Below are positions 39,296 through 50,100 of a stretch of DNA of 64,000 bases, piece by piece (the first letter of the stretch is position 1; each line of letters begins with the position of its first letter). The notes below the pieces were generated by a model, which was given only the letters and a program-made list of their open reading frames with translations, searched no databases and was not told where the DNA came from. The DNA lies in NCBI GenBank assembly GCA_965206595.1, contig OZ242214.1:1600001-1664000 (forward strand). The letters are read 5' to 3'. Origin of the DNA: Candidatus Latescibacterota bacterium (GTDB lineage: Bacteria; Latescibacterota; UBA2968; UBA8231). Position numbers and translations under genes: made by a program.

Positions 39296-39583
39296 CTAGT
39301 CTTCCGGGAACCAGTTCCCGATCTTGTCGCGAACCGCCAGGGCCTGCCGGGGGCTCGAGATCTCGAATTTACTGCGGGGCTGGTAGGATCCGTCGCGCTT
39401 CTGATAGCGCCTGATCGACACCTTCTGGGGGCCGTATTCGCCGGTTTTGCGATCGAGATCCTGGTAGAGAAACATGATCGTCGTCCAGGATCCCTTGCTC
39501 AGCACCTCCTTGTCGAGCTGCTTGCGCAAAACCTTCCCGTCTTCCTCGTACTGAATCGTCAGTTCATCTACTATTTCAGCCAT
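39296..39583 (-). CDS. Small conserved-looking hypothetical protein (95 aa)
   Basis: Clean ORF with a non-shadow composition (LSKGSWTTIMFLYQD...IRRYQK...SKFEISS). Confidence 0.75.
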   Translation of the reverse strand: MAEIVDELTIQYEEDGKVLRKQLDKEVLSKGSWTTIMFLYQDLDRKTGEYGPQKVSIRRYQKRDGSYQPRSKFEISSPRQALAVRDKIGNWFPED

Positions 39584-39706
39584 GAATTCAAATTAACGGC
39601 TCGCCCGGCGGCGGGGCAAACTTCGCCACCGACAGTGGTTGCCCTGCCCGAAGTTTTTCTGGTTCGCAGTTCCTTGCCGCCCAGTACAGCGGCCCATATA
39701 CTGAAC

Positions 39707-42700
39707 TTGAAACAAGCAGAAAGGACCCGAATCATCCCTTCCAATACGAGGATCGAGGACAAGTACGAGCTGGAGGAAGGCATCGTTTTCCTCACCGGCA
39801 TAGAGGCGATCGTGCGCCTGCTGGTGGAGAAGCAGCGCCACGACGAGCAGCAGTCGGGGGCCGGGGCAGTCAACCAGACGTACGTCTCCGGGTACGAGGG
39901 GTCGCCGCTGGGAGGGCTGGACCTCGAAATCGTCTCCCAGCTCGAGGTCCTGAACCGGCGCGGGCGCACGGTGCACCAGTTCGGTATCAACGAGAAGACC
40001 GCGGCCTCGGCGATGCTCGGAACCCAGTACGCACCCTCGGCCGACGTCGACGCCTTCTGGTACGGCAAGGCGCACGGCACCATGTGGATCCCGGACGAAG
40101 TCTGGCTCGCCAACCTCGCCGGTACCAGCGGCAGCGGATCGATGGTGCTCCTGTGCGGGGAGGACCACCGTTCGAAGAGCTCGGTATCGCCCGGGAGCAG
40201 CGACTGGGTCCTGCGCGGCAGCATGGTTCCCATCTTCTACCCGGCCAGCATCGAGGAGATCCTCAGACTCGGGATGCACGCCATCCACTTGTCCCGCCAC
40301 CTCGGGGTGGTGACGGCGCTAAAGCTCGCGACCCCGCTCTGCGACGGCGCCGGAACGGTCCGTCTCGGGGAGGTACGCCCGGACATACACCTGCCGGAGG
40401 ACGACTTCGAGAAGAGCTTCAGCCCGATCGTCATGGCCCTCGGGGCGCTGCCGATGCAGAAGGAGCTGGTCGAGGAGAAGCTACCCCTGGTCGAGGAGTA
40501 CGTCCGGCTCAACAGGCTCAACCGGATTCACCCCGCCAACGGCACCAGCCCGACCGCGGCCGGAATCATCGCCACCGGCAAGTCCTTCCCCGATGTCAGA
40601 CAGGCTCTGGAGATCCTCGGCGTCGAGATCCCGGTGCTGCAGCTGTCGGTTACCTACCCCCTCGACCAGGAGATCGTCCGCGAATTCGCCCGCACCCTCG
40701 GCCTGCGGACAATCTACCTCGTAGAAGAACCCGGACCCTTTGTCGAAGAGGGGGTGAAAGCCGCCCTCTGGGGTTCGTCCGTGGAAGGGGTGTACGGCCA
40801 GTACGACGAAAAGGGAAAACCGTTCGTGCCCTCCTGGGGGGAAGTCGACCCCGAACGGATCGTCCAGCTGCTTGGACCGCGTCTCCTTCCCTCGGCTTCG
40901 TCGTCGGCAACCCCGCTGTACAGCCGGCTGGAGGATATCCTCGGGCGCACTTACTCCGAGGTCCCGAAGGTCGCCCCGATGTCGTGCGGGGGATGTCCCT
41001 ACAACAGCTTTCGCGACCTGAAAGGGGAGAAGCCCGGGGGCGCCATCGGCTGCAGCTCGATCCGGGCGATGGAGGCCTACGACTACGGGGTGCTCTACAT
41101 CCCGACCATGGGTGCGGGAGGCTCGATCTACAGCGGCACCGCGCCCTTCAACGGCAACAGGCACAGCTATCAGTACCTCGGCGACGGCAGCTATTTCCAC
41201 AGCGGCAGGGGGGCCGTTCAGAGCTGCGTGCAGGGGGATGTCAACATCACCTTTCTGCTGCTGTTCAACGGCTCCGTTGCCTTGACGGGGGGACAGCGGC
41301 CCGGGGGCCAGCGCAGCGTCGCCGAGGTCGCCGGGGAGCTCCTCGCCCTCGGGGTGCGGCAGGTCGGGATCGTCAGCGAGGAGCCGCAGCGCTACCGCTC
41401 TCTGAACCGGGAGAACGTCCGCGTGTTCGGCCTCGACCGGCACGCCGAAGCGCTCGCCCACTTCAAGGGAGTCGGCGGAACCACGGCGCTGATCCTCGAC
41501 AAGGAATGCGCCACCGAGAAGGGGCGCCGGCGGCGGCGTCTGGGCGAGCGGCCCGAGAGCTACATCCTCGTTCACGAGAGGCTGTGCGAGGGGTGCGGCG
41601 ACTGTTACCGGCAGTCGGAGGGCTGCGCCGCGCTCTACGGTACGGAGACCGAGTTCGGGGAGAAGACGCAGATCCGCCAGGCCAGCTGCGTCCAGGACGG
41701 CCTCTGCGTCGACGGGGAATGTCCTTCTTTCGTCAAGGTGACCCCCCGCTCCGACTCCGTGGGGCTGCGCCGTGCGATCCCGGAGCCGCTGCGCGATCTG
41801 CCGGAACCGGCGGTCGATTTCGACCTGCAAGCCGAGGACTACACCATCTTGGCGGTAGGCCGCGGCGGCACCGGAGTGGTGACTATTGCCCACCTCGTCG
41901 CCTACGCCGGCATGCTCGACGGGCTCAACGTGTACCTGTCGAACAACACCGGCCTGGCGCAGAAAGGCGGCCCGGTAGAAGCCCCGATAATCCTCAGCCG
42001 CCGCCGCCAGCCGGTGTTCAACCGGCTGTTTCCCGGTTCCGCGGACCTGTATCTCGGCTTCGATCTGCTGCGTGCCGCGGAACCCGGGAACCTGAAGTTC
42101 GCCTCATCCGATCGCTCCGTCGCCCTGGTCAGCTCGACGCGCCTTCCGACGGCCCGGATGAACAGGAATCCCGGGGGGAAATTCCCCGATCCGGATCACC
42201 TTGCCGGGCTGATCGACCAATGCAGCCGCAAGTCGGACAATATCTACATCGACACCTTCTGGCTCGCGGAGAAGCTCTTCGGCGACAGCCTGTACGCCAA
42301 CATGCTGCTGCTGGGAGCGGCGTACCAGACCGGGAGTCTTCCCCTGAGCCCGGCCTCCTTAGAGGCCGCCATCGCCCTGAACGGCAAAGCCGTGGAGGTC
42401 AACGTCCAGGCCTTCCGCTGGGGGCGCCTTGCCGTGGCCGACCCGGGGCGGCTGCAGGCGCACGTCGGCCCGGTCGTCCCCGACGACGAGGACCTCATCC
42501 GCGAAAGCCGCGGCAGGCTCGGCAGTGACAGCGAGCGCTCCCTCCACGACGAGGCGCTGCAGTCGATCGACCTGCCGGCCGAGCTGGCAGCCCGTTTCAG
42601 CACTCGTATCGCCGATCTGATTTCCTATCAGGACGAGGCGTACGCGAGGGAGTACGTCGATTTTGTGCGCTCGGTGGCCGCCGCCGAAGCCGGGCAGGGG

Positions 42701-43228
42701 GACCGGCCGCGGTCTCTGACCCGGGCGGTAATCCTCAACCTGCACAAGCTGATGGCTTACAAGGACGAGTACGAGGTGGCGCGGCTCGCCCTGGACCGGG
42801 AATCCACGGAGCGACTGGCAGGGATGTTCGACGGGGAGGTGAGAATCTCCCACTACCTCAATCCCCCCACCTTGAGGCGTTTCCGGGTCGGCAAGATCGC
42901 CGTCGGCCCCTGGTTCCGGCCGTTGTTCTCCTGCCTGCGCGCCTTGCGAGGGCTGCGCGCCACACGCTGGGATCCCTTCGGCCGCACCCCCTGCAGGAAG
43001 CTCGAGCGCGAGCTGGTTACATGGTACAGGAGTATGCTGCTGGAAGTGGCCGAGCTGTTGTCTCGGCCCGGAGCCACGGCCGCGGACCGCAACCGGGCGC
43101 TGGAGATCGCCGGGGCACCCGACTCGATTCGCGGGTACGAGCAGATCAAGATCGAGTCCGCGGCGAAAGCGAGGGCGCAGGCCGAGGCAGGTCTGCGGGA
43201 GCTGCGTGGCCTGGCGGACCGCCGATAG
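39707..43228 (+). CDS. Indolepyruvate:ferredoxin oxidoreductase family protein, single-chain fusion
   Basis: VSGYEGSPLGG, WYGK, EDHRSKSS, CGGCP, GDGSYFHSG (TPP), CEGCGDC (Fe-S), GGTGVVT, GLAQKGG, KLMAYKDEYEVARL, IRGYEQIK; start uncertain (39635 or 39707). Confidence 0.9.
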   Translation: MKQAERTRIIPSNTRIEDKYELEEGIVFLTGIEAIVRLLVEKQRHDEQQSGAGAVNQTYVSGYEGSPLGGLDLEIVSQLEVLNRRGRTVHQFGINEKTAASAMLGTQYAPSADVDAFWYGKAHGTMWIPDEVWLANLAGTSGSGSMVLLCGEDHRSKSSVSPGSSDWVLRGSMVPIFYPASIEEILRLGMHAIHLSRHLGVVTALKLATPLCDGAGTVRLGEVRPDIHLPEDDFEKSFSPIVMALGALPMQKELVEEKLPLVEEYVRLNRLNRIHPANGTSPTAAGIIATGKSFPDVRQALEILGVEIPVLQLSVTYPLDQEIVREFARTLGLRTIYLVEEPGPFVEEGVKAALWGSSVEGVYGQYDEKGKPFVPSWGEVDPERIVQLLGPRLLPSASSSATPLYSRLEDILGRTYSEVPKVAPMSCGGCPYNSFRDLKGEKPGGAIGCSSIRAMEAYDYGVLYIPTMGAGGSIYSGTAPFNGNRHSYQYLGDGSYFHSGRGAVQSCVQGDVNITFLLLFNGSVALTGGQRPGGQRSVAEVAGELLALGVRQVGIVSEEPQRYRSLNRENVRVFGLDRHAEALAHFKGVGGTTALILDKECATEKGRRRRRLGERPESYILVHERLCEGCGDCYRQSEGCAALYGTETEFGEKTQIRQASCVQDGLCVDGECPSFVKVTPRSDSVGLRRAIPEPLRDLPEPAVDFDLQAEDYTILAVGRGGTGVVTIAHLVAYAGMLDGLNVYLSNNTGLAQKGGPVEAPIILSRRRQPVFNRLFPGSADLYLGFDLLRAAEPGNLKFASSDRSVALVSSTRLPTARMNRNPGGKFPDPDHLAGLIDQCSRKSDNIYIDTFWLAEKLFGDSLYANMLLLGAAYQTGSLPLSPASLEAAIALNGKAVEVNVQAFRWGRLAVADPGRLQAHVGPVVPDDEDLIRESRGRLGSDSERSLHDEALQSIDLPAELAARFSTRIADLISYQDEAYAREYVDFVRSVAAAEAGQGDRPRSLTRAVILNLHKLMAYKDEYEVARLALDRESTERLAGMFDGEVRISHYLNPPTLRRFRVGKIAVGPWFRPLFSCLRALRGLRATRWDPFGRTPCRKLERELVTWYRSMLLEVAELLSRPGATAADRNRALEIAGAPDSIRGYEQIKIESAAKARAQAEAGLRELRGLADRR

Positions 43229-43249
43229 GGAGCAGGCGGGACCGGGGAA

Positions 43250-44149
43250 TCAGCGCAGGCGGACTTCTACCACCTCACCCGAGCGCCGGGCCTTGCGCAT
43301 CGACCTGAGAAAGGCGAAGGCCCGCGCTGTTTCCTCCCTGACGGCCGGCTCGCGGTCGTTCCCTTTGGCGACGGCCCGGCAGAAGGTTCGAAGCCATTCC
43401 GGTTCGGGTCGCAGGCCAGACGGTTGCCGAACTTCCTGGCCCCCCGGTCCGAAGGCGACGACCCGGTTGGCCGCGGCGGCGTAGGTCAGGATTCCACCGC
43501 TTCCGAGAAACAGGTAATCCCCCTCGGGAGCCCCGGCCCGGATCGCAGAGAGCTGGGCGGTAGCGCGATTGGCGAAAGAAACAGTAGCCGCCGCGTGCGT
43601 GACCCTGCCCGCCGAGGTCGCGGTGACGTGGAGGCGCGTTGGATCGGAGCGAGCCAGGGCGGCGGCTTGGTGGCAGGCATCGGCCAGGGCCCACCAGATC
43701 GCCGTCATCCCAGCCCCCGCAGCTTCGACCGCGGCGCGCAGGAAGACCGGCTTGCCGAAGTCGACTTCGGCGCTGGCTTTCAGCAGCTTTGCGTGCGCCC
43801 TCCCATGCTCGTACAGCCCCCCCCAGCCCAACGCCAGTCCGTGTTTTCGGGCCGTTCCGCAAACCGCCTCGATACCGTCAGAAGTGGTGGCAGGCAGGCC
43901 GCGGCAAAGCACGTGAAAGCCGGCCTCGAGGGCGGCGACGACGTCGCCCTCCAAGTTCCGGTACGGCGACAGGAAACAGGCGATCCTCCTGTCCCCGTCA
44001 ACGGCGGACAGGGCGCTGCCGACCGTGTCGAACGAGGGAATTCCCGGAATCCGCCCCTGGCCAACGACGGAGGCGACCTCCAGGCCCCCGGCGAGCTCCT
44101 CGACGAGGGACCGCTGGTCTCTGCCCGCGACCAGGCAGACCGCGCTCAC
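43250..44149 (-). CDS. Divergent Gfo/Idh/MocA-like protein
   Basis: AALEAGFHVLC, FGKPVFLR, and a C-terminus ARRSGEVVEV typical of the family; GTGA overlap with the upstream gene. Confidence 0.6.
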   Translation of the reverse strand: MSAVCLVAGRDQRSLVEELAGGLEVASVVGQGRIPGIPSFDTVGSALSAVDGDRRIACFLSPYRNLEGDVVAALEAGFHVLCRGLPATTSDGIEAVCGTARKHGLALGWGGLYEHGRAHAKLLKASAEVDFGKPVFLRAAVEAAGAGMTAIWWALADACHQAAALARSDPTRLHVTATSAGRVTHAAATVSFANRATAQLSAIRAGAPEGDYLFLGSGGILTYAAAANRVVAFGPGGQEVRQPSGLRPEPEWLRTFCRAVAKGNDREPAVREETARAFAFLRSMRKARRSGEVVEVRLR

Positions 44150-45276
44150 GAGTCATCCCTTTGCAAAAGGCTCACGGGCCCGTTCTCGACGATGGAGCGG
44201 TATCCGCCGAGAAGGATTTCCATGTGATCGCGGGCCTCCGTCACGGAGTAGAACGGCTGCCGCTCTTCGTCCATCGCCGCCACGAGATCCTCCAGGCCGT
44301 TGGCGAGGCAGGGATCGTCCACCAAGGGGGAAGCCGTGGTCGGAGATGGGGTGTGCCACTGCATCGGATCTTCGGCGGGGGGGTGGTAGTCGGAGGCCGT
44401 GATGGTCCGGCTTAGCGTCGTTTCCAGCAACGGCCGCCTGGCGTCGACCATGGCGCTGCGCTCGCTGCCGACGAGCCAGGCTCGCGACGGCCCTCCGGCC
44501 GCATGAGTGGCAACTCCGACCCTTCCCGCGCACAGGGTCGCCACGCGGCCTCCGGAATCGACGAGGGTCATGGTGGCGAAATCATCGGCGCGGTGGGCAG
44601 CGTGCTGAGCGAAGAAGTGCGCCCCGCCGTGAGCAAGCACCTGCCTGATCGGCCCGAAGCATCGCTGCACAAGTCCCACCGAATAGGCCCCGACCGTAAG
44701 CAGCTCGCGCTTGATGTCGGGGAACTTCCAGCGGCCTGCAGGCAGGAAGTCGCCGGGGACGGACAGGCCGGGGGCCGGCCAGCCCTTGCAGAACAGGATA
44801 TCGGAGTGAACTCCGAGCAGCTCTCCGAGGTCGCCGCTGTCTATCAGCTCGCGGCACCGGCTCACCAAGGTGCCGTAGGTGTAGCTCGGCACGATCGCCC
44901 TGACCCCGGAACGGGCAACGGTCTCGACGACGGCGTCGCACTCGTCGAGGTTGCCGCCCATGAACTTGTCTATCCAGAGGTGCTTTCCGGCGCGGGCGGC
45001 GCGCATGGCGAGGTCGGAACGGCGCTCGATCTCGTGGCCGATGCTGACGATGTCGACCCCCTCCATTCCGAGAGCCCCGTCCACTCCCTCGACGTAGGGA
45101 ACGCCGATCTCCCGGGCCCGCTTCCGGTTCAGGTCCTGCAGATGAGGCTCGATGTCCGTTTCGTCGGCGACGGCGACAATCCGCAGGCGCGGATGGCTGC
45201 TGAAGAGGGGGACGAAGGTGTCCTGGTGGCTGTGGCGGCTGAAGCTGACCAGCAGCACGCCGTAGGTGGCGGGCAT
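44146..45276 (-). CDS. Gfo/Idh/MocA family oxidoreductase
   Basis: VDIVSI, AARAGKHLWIDK, IDSGDLGEL, DDFATMTL, YRSI. Confidence 0.8.
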   Translation of the reverse strand: MPATYGVLLVSFSRHSHQDTFVPLFSSHPRLRIVAVADETDIEPHLQDLNRKRAREIGVPYVEGVDGALGMEGVDIVSIGHEIERRSDLAMRAARAGKHLWIDKFMGGNLDECDAVVETVARSGVRAIVPSYTYGTLVSRCRELIDSGDLGELLGVHSDILFCKGWPAPGLSVPGDFLPAGRWKFPDIKRELLTVGAYSVGLVQRCFGPIRQVLAHGGAHFFAQHAAHRADDFATMTLVDSGGRVATLCAGRVGVATHAAGGPSRAWLVGSERSAMVDARRPLLETTLSRTITASDYHPPAEDPMQWHTPSPTTASPLVDDPCLANGLEDLVAAMDEERQPFYSVTEARDHMEILLGGYRSIVENGPVSLLQRDDS

Positions 45277-45440
45277 TCCGTCCAAGGGGGTTGGGGTGGG
45301 CGCTCGCCGAGGACCGTCGGGTCCTGCGCGAGAAGGGACAGGCGGGCAAGATACTCAGGGGGAAAATCCCTGTAAACCGGACTTCCTCCGGCTTCTCCTG
45401 CAAGCAGTGCAAGTCTCGGAGGGACGGCAGTTGGGTTCCG

Positions 45441-46127
45441 TCAGGTTCCGCGGGTGTTGCCCCACAGATCGATCTGCAGCCGGCCGCTGTAGCTGAAGCC
45501 TTCCCGCTTGCAGACTTCGGCCACCCAGGGCCCGCGGGCCTTCAGCTGCCCGCCTTCGACCCCCTCCGGCATCAGGAATACCTGGCGCCGGGGGATCGAA
45601 AGTTCCTCGACGAGGCGCACCACCTCGGCCGTATCCTCCTCTTCCTGCAGCACGAACTTGAACTGAAGGTCGATTCCCGACTCAAGGTACCGCGACAGCG
45701 GCTCGAAGCGGTTGTTGCGCAGGTGAAGGGCGCGCTCCGCAGTATGGTCGGACCCGGGCGTGCTGTTGGCGAGCTTGGGGGAAAGGCTGAATAAATCGGG
45801 CCGCACCGCGGGCTGGAAGATCGTCCCCGCGGTCTCGATGGTGGTGTGATGTCCGCGTTCTCTCAACGACTCGACGAGAGGGGCGAGGTCTTTCTGCAGA
45901 AGCGGCTCACCGCCGGTGATCACCGCGTAGGGAACGGCGCTCCATGCCGCGGTTTCCGCCATGATTTCTTCCACCCTCATGTTCCTGCCCTCGGGGTTCC
46001 AGGAGGTGTAGGGGGTGTCGCACCAGGAGCACCTCAGGTTGCATCCGGAAGTGCGGATGAAGATGCACGGTACGCCGGTGTAGCGGCCCTCCCCCTGAAG
46101 GGTGTGGAAGATCTCCGATATCAGCAT
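45441..46127 (-). CDS. queE: 7-carboxy-7-deazaguanine synthase (radical SAM)
   Basis: [61 protein letters not shown]. Confidence 0.92.
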   Translation of the reverse strand: MLISEIFHTLQGEGRYTGVPCIFIRTSGCNLRCSWCDTPYTSWNPEGRNMRVEEIMAETAAWSAVPYAVITGGEPLLQKDLAPLVESLRERGHHTTIETAGTIFQPAVRPDLFSLSPKLANSTPGSDHTAERALHLRNNRFEPLSRYLESGIDLQFKFVLQEEEDTAEVVRLVEELSIPRRQVFLMPEGVEGGQLKARGPWVAEVCKREGFSYSGRLQIDLWGNTRGT

Positions 46128-46151
46128 CTGCCCGGGGTCGTGGGAATGAGC

Positions 46152-46481
46152 TCATCCGCCGAGCAGCTGGTCGATCTTGGCGGCGCAGATGAAGTCGTTT
46201 TCCGAAAGGCCGTCTATCGCGTGGGTGCGGTACTTCACCTTGCAGGCCCTGTATCCGACCTCGAGATCGGGGTGGTGGTTCTCTCTGTTGGCGAGCCAGG
46301 CAACGGCATTGACGAACGATATCGTCTCGAAGTAGTTGCGGAAACGGAACCTTTTCTCGATGCGGCCTGCGACCGCCTTCCACCCGGGGATGGAGGCGAT
46401 GTGGGTCTCGATTTCCGCCTCGGTCAACGGAGGCACGCCGGCTTCGCACGGCTTGCAGGATCTGGCTGCCAGGTCGGTCAT
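46152..46481 (-). CDS. phhB: Pterin-4-alpha-carbinolamine dehydratase
   Basis: [37 protein letters not shown]. Confidence 0.93.
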   Translation of the reverse strand: MTDLAARSCKPCEAGVPPLTEAEIETHIASIPGWKAVAGRIEKRFRFRNYFETISFVNAVAWLANRENHHPDLEVGYRACKVKYRTHAIDGLSENDFICAAKIDQLLGG

Positions 46482-46643
46482 GGGAATGCGGATCTCCCGG
46501 TCATGGGTCGGCGAAATCGCAGCTTGTACGAGGAAAGGTACCTCTGCGAGCAGGGCCCTTCAAACGTACATTGTCATGCGGTCGACCGCGGCGCTCGTGG
46601 TTGCCCGGACACGAGATGCAGGCGATTCGACGTGAGGTGTAAA

Positions 46644-47192
46644 ATGGGAATGGAGAGCACGTACAGGACGCTGATCGAACAGATCGGGGAGGATGCCGGA
46701 CGCGAAGGACTTGCCCGTACGCCCGAGCGTGCGGCGAGGGCCATGGGGCACCTCACCCAGGGGTACCGGGCCTCCCCGGCCGAGGCCGTCGGGGGCGCCA
46801 TCTACGATTCCTGCTCCGACGAAATGGTGGTGGTCAAGAACATCGAGCTGTACTCGCTGTGCGAGCACCACGTCCTGCCGTTCTTCGGCAAGTGCCACGT
46901 AGCCTATCTGCCCAGGGGCAAGGTGATCGGACTGTCGAAGGTGGCGCGCATCGTCGACGTGTTCGCCCGCCGCCTGCAGATCCAGGAAAACCTCACCATG
47001 CAGATCGCCGACTCGCTGATGGATCTGCTCAATCCCCTCGGGGTGGGGGTAGTCATCCAGGCGCGCCACCTGTGCATGATGATGCGCGGGGTGGAGAAGC
47101 AGAACTCCGAGATGGTGACTTCGCGCATGCTGGGAAGCTTCCGGGAAAACGGGCAGACGAGGTCGGAGTTCCTATCCCTGATCGCGGACTGA
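46644..47192 (+). CDS. folE: GTP cyclohydrolase I (type IA)
   Basis: [50 protein letters not shown]. Confidence 0.96.
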   Translation: MGMESTYRTLIEQIGEDAGREGLARTPERAARAMGHLTQGYRASPAEAVGGAIYDSCSDEMVVVKNIELYSLCEHHVLPFFGKCHVAYLPRGKVIGLSKVARIVDVFARRLQIQENLTMQIADSLMDLLNPLGVGVVIQARHLCMMMRGVEKQNSEMVTSRMLGSFRENGQTRSEFLSLIAD

Positions 47193-50100
47193 GCCCGGCT
47201 GCCTGCGCCGCCGCGGCGATCTTCTGCGCTGCGGCGCTTGCCGTTACCGGAGCCTCGGCAGCGGAGAAACCCCCGTATGCGCCGGGCGAGGTCCTGGCCC
47301 AGTGGTCGCAGCGGACCGCGGCCGCCAAGATCGCCGCAGGTTCGCCGCGGCTTCTCGACCATCTGCCTCCGGGATACGGCTGGGTCGAGGAGACCCCCGT
47401 GGTTCCCGCACGGCCGCTGGCCGCGGCCAAGGCGGGCGCCGGCACCTCGGTAATGGCCTCCTGGAGCCTGTTGCGATACAGCGCCGGTACCGATCCCGCG
47501 GCGGTCGCCCGGGACCTTCGAGGCCGCGATTTCGTGGCGCGCGCCCACCCCAACTATCTCCGCTCCTTCGCCTCTCCCCCGAACGATCCGCTTTTCCCCG
47601 AGCAGGGCAACCTCGACGCCATCGGCTGGGACGAGTCGCTGGCGACGGGTGGGGACGTAGTCGTCGCCATCATCGATTCCGGCATCGACCGCGAGCACCC
47701 CGACCTGGCCTCCCAGCTGTGGCACAATCCGGTAGAGGCGGACGGGCTCGCGGGGGTCGACGACGACGGCAACGGCTACGTCGACGACGTGACAGGCTGG
47801 GATTTCACCGATGCACCCGGGTTGCCCGGCGAGGGGGATTTCCGCTTCCGCGACCCCGACCCGGATGACGAGTCCGGGCACGGCACGCACGTGGCCGGTA
47901 TCGTCGCCGCGGTCGCACCCGGGGTGAGGGTGATGGTCCTGCGCGCCGGCTTCACGGTTTCCGGTTCCGGCTATCTCGAGGACGACGACATCGCCGCCGC
48001 CGCGGTGTACGCCGTCGACCAGGGCGCCGACATCCTCAACATGAGCTTCGGCGATCCGGTTTTCTCCCCCGTCATCGGGGACGTCGTCCGCTACGCCCGC
48101 TCCGCGGGCTGCCTGGTCGTGGCTGCGGTCGGAAACGAGGGAAACGACGAGGTCTTCTACCCGGCGCGCATGGAGGAGGTCGTGGCGGTGGCCGCCGCGG
48201 ATGACGAAGGACAGCCGCTCGCCTTCTCCAACTGGGGATACAGCGTCGACATCGCCGCCCCCGGGCTCGCCGTCCACGGACCGGTGCCCGGCGGCGGGTA
48301 CGCGGAGCGCTCAGGGACATCGATGGCGGCTGCCCACGTCTCAGGGGTCGCCGCGGTTACTTGGTCGCGCCAGCCGCAGCTCACCGCCGGGCAGGTGCGC
48401 GGCGCCCTGGCGAACAGAGCCCTGGATATCGTCGCCCAAGGGTGGGACCGCTGGTCGGGTGCGGGCCTCGTCCAGATGGCGGCAGCCCGTATCGGCGATC
48501 CGGCCGCGGTTGCCATCACCGGGCCGGCTTCGGGCGCAGTCAGGGCCGGGGAGGTTACCGTTCGCGGTCGAGTCTGGGGGGAAGGGGTGGAGTACGACCT
48601 GAGCTGGGGCCGCGGCCCGTTTCCCGAGTCCACCGAGGTCCTGCTCAGCGGCAGATCCCGCGCCGGCGAGAACAGATTCGAGGTCAGCTGGCCAACATCG
48701 GGACTCGCCCCTGGTCCATACCTGCTGCGGCTGCTGGCGGTCGCGGGAGGGAACAGGCATTCGCAGCGGCTTCTGCTCGATCTCCGGCAGGCCGCCGCAG
48801 CGGTGTCGGATCTGCGCCTGGAACGCGTCCTCAGCGGACCGGGATGGACGGACATCCTGCGGTGGGAAACGAGCGCGCCAGCGGCCGGGACGGTGATACT
48901 TCTCGAGCCCGCATCGGGGGACACGGTGCTGCAGATTCCCCTTGGCGGCGATCGACTCGAGCACTCCGTGTCCCTGCCGGAAGATCTCCTGCACGGAGAG
49001 TACAGGGCTGTCGTGCTGCCGGAAGCCGACGCCGGGGAAAGCGCCGGGAGCCTCGACTTCGACATCGGCGACACCGGCATCCGACGCTGGACGCTGAGGC
49101 AATCGGGTGCGCTCCCGGACGGGTACCTGCTGCCGCAGCCGACCGATTTCGACGCCGATGGAATTCCGGAGATCGTGGCGATGGGGTACGGAGGAGCCGG
49201 GTACAACCCGTCGGCCTTCTTCGAGCTGCCCTCCGGTTCCCGGGCCGTTCACCTCTCCTCGAGGCCATTCATCCCGTGGAACGCCCACGACCTCGATGGC
49301 GACGACAGGGGGGAGATCATGGCGGTCGATGCCGAGCGGGTGCGCCTGCTGGAATCTGCGAAGCCCGGCTCCTTTCCGACCGAGGTTGTCTTCGAGATCA
49401 CGCAGGTCTGGGGAGGGGAGGTGGCTGACGGGGACGGGGACGGGCGCATGGAGATGTTCCTGCGCTCCAGCCGCTCCGAGCAGTTCCGCGTTTTCGAGAG
49501 CCGCGGGGACGATTCCTTCGCGGAGACCGGAGCCCTCGCAAACCCATCGGAGGGTCTGGACGGCCTCGGTGAGCGCCAGGTCGCCGCGGACCTCGACGGC
49601 GACGGCAGCCTCGAGCTGCTCGCCGGGGACGAGGACGGGGACCTGTTCATCTACGAGAGCATCGGCGACGACACTTGGCGCCACACCTGGCTCGAGCGCC
49701 TGGAATCGGGAGACAGCCGCGTGGTGGGAGGGCCGTTCGACACCGACGCCGACGGGCGCCTCGAGTTCGCCGTCGCCAGTCTGGCCGCCGACCTGTTCGA
49801 CCCGGGGGAGACGAGATGGAAGGGGACGGTTTTCGAAGCCTCAGGGGACAATCGCTACGAACCGCGCTGGAGCGCCGAGATCGTCGGCGGTGCAGGCGCC
49901 GGCAACGGCATAAGCTCCGGGGATTTCGATGGCGACGGAGTTCCGGAAATCGTCCTGGCCCTGGTGCCCAACCTCTATCTGCTGAGAACGGATCCCTCCG
50001 GAGCCATGGTGCCTGTCTGGCACATGGAAGTCGCCAGGGTGTACCGGCCTCTGGTCGCCGACGTCGACGCCGACGGGGTCGTCGATCTCGTCGCCAACTC

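Noticed and set aside
46482-46643. preQ1 or THF-type riboswitch between phhB and folE
   Set aside because: No consensus recognisable by eye; an Infernal/Rfam scan would be needed.
45441-47192. queE/folE as part of a dpd (7-deazaguanine DNA modification) defence island
   Set aside because: No dpdA/tgt-like, dpdB-K or mobility genes nearby; the context is ordinary chromosome.
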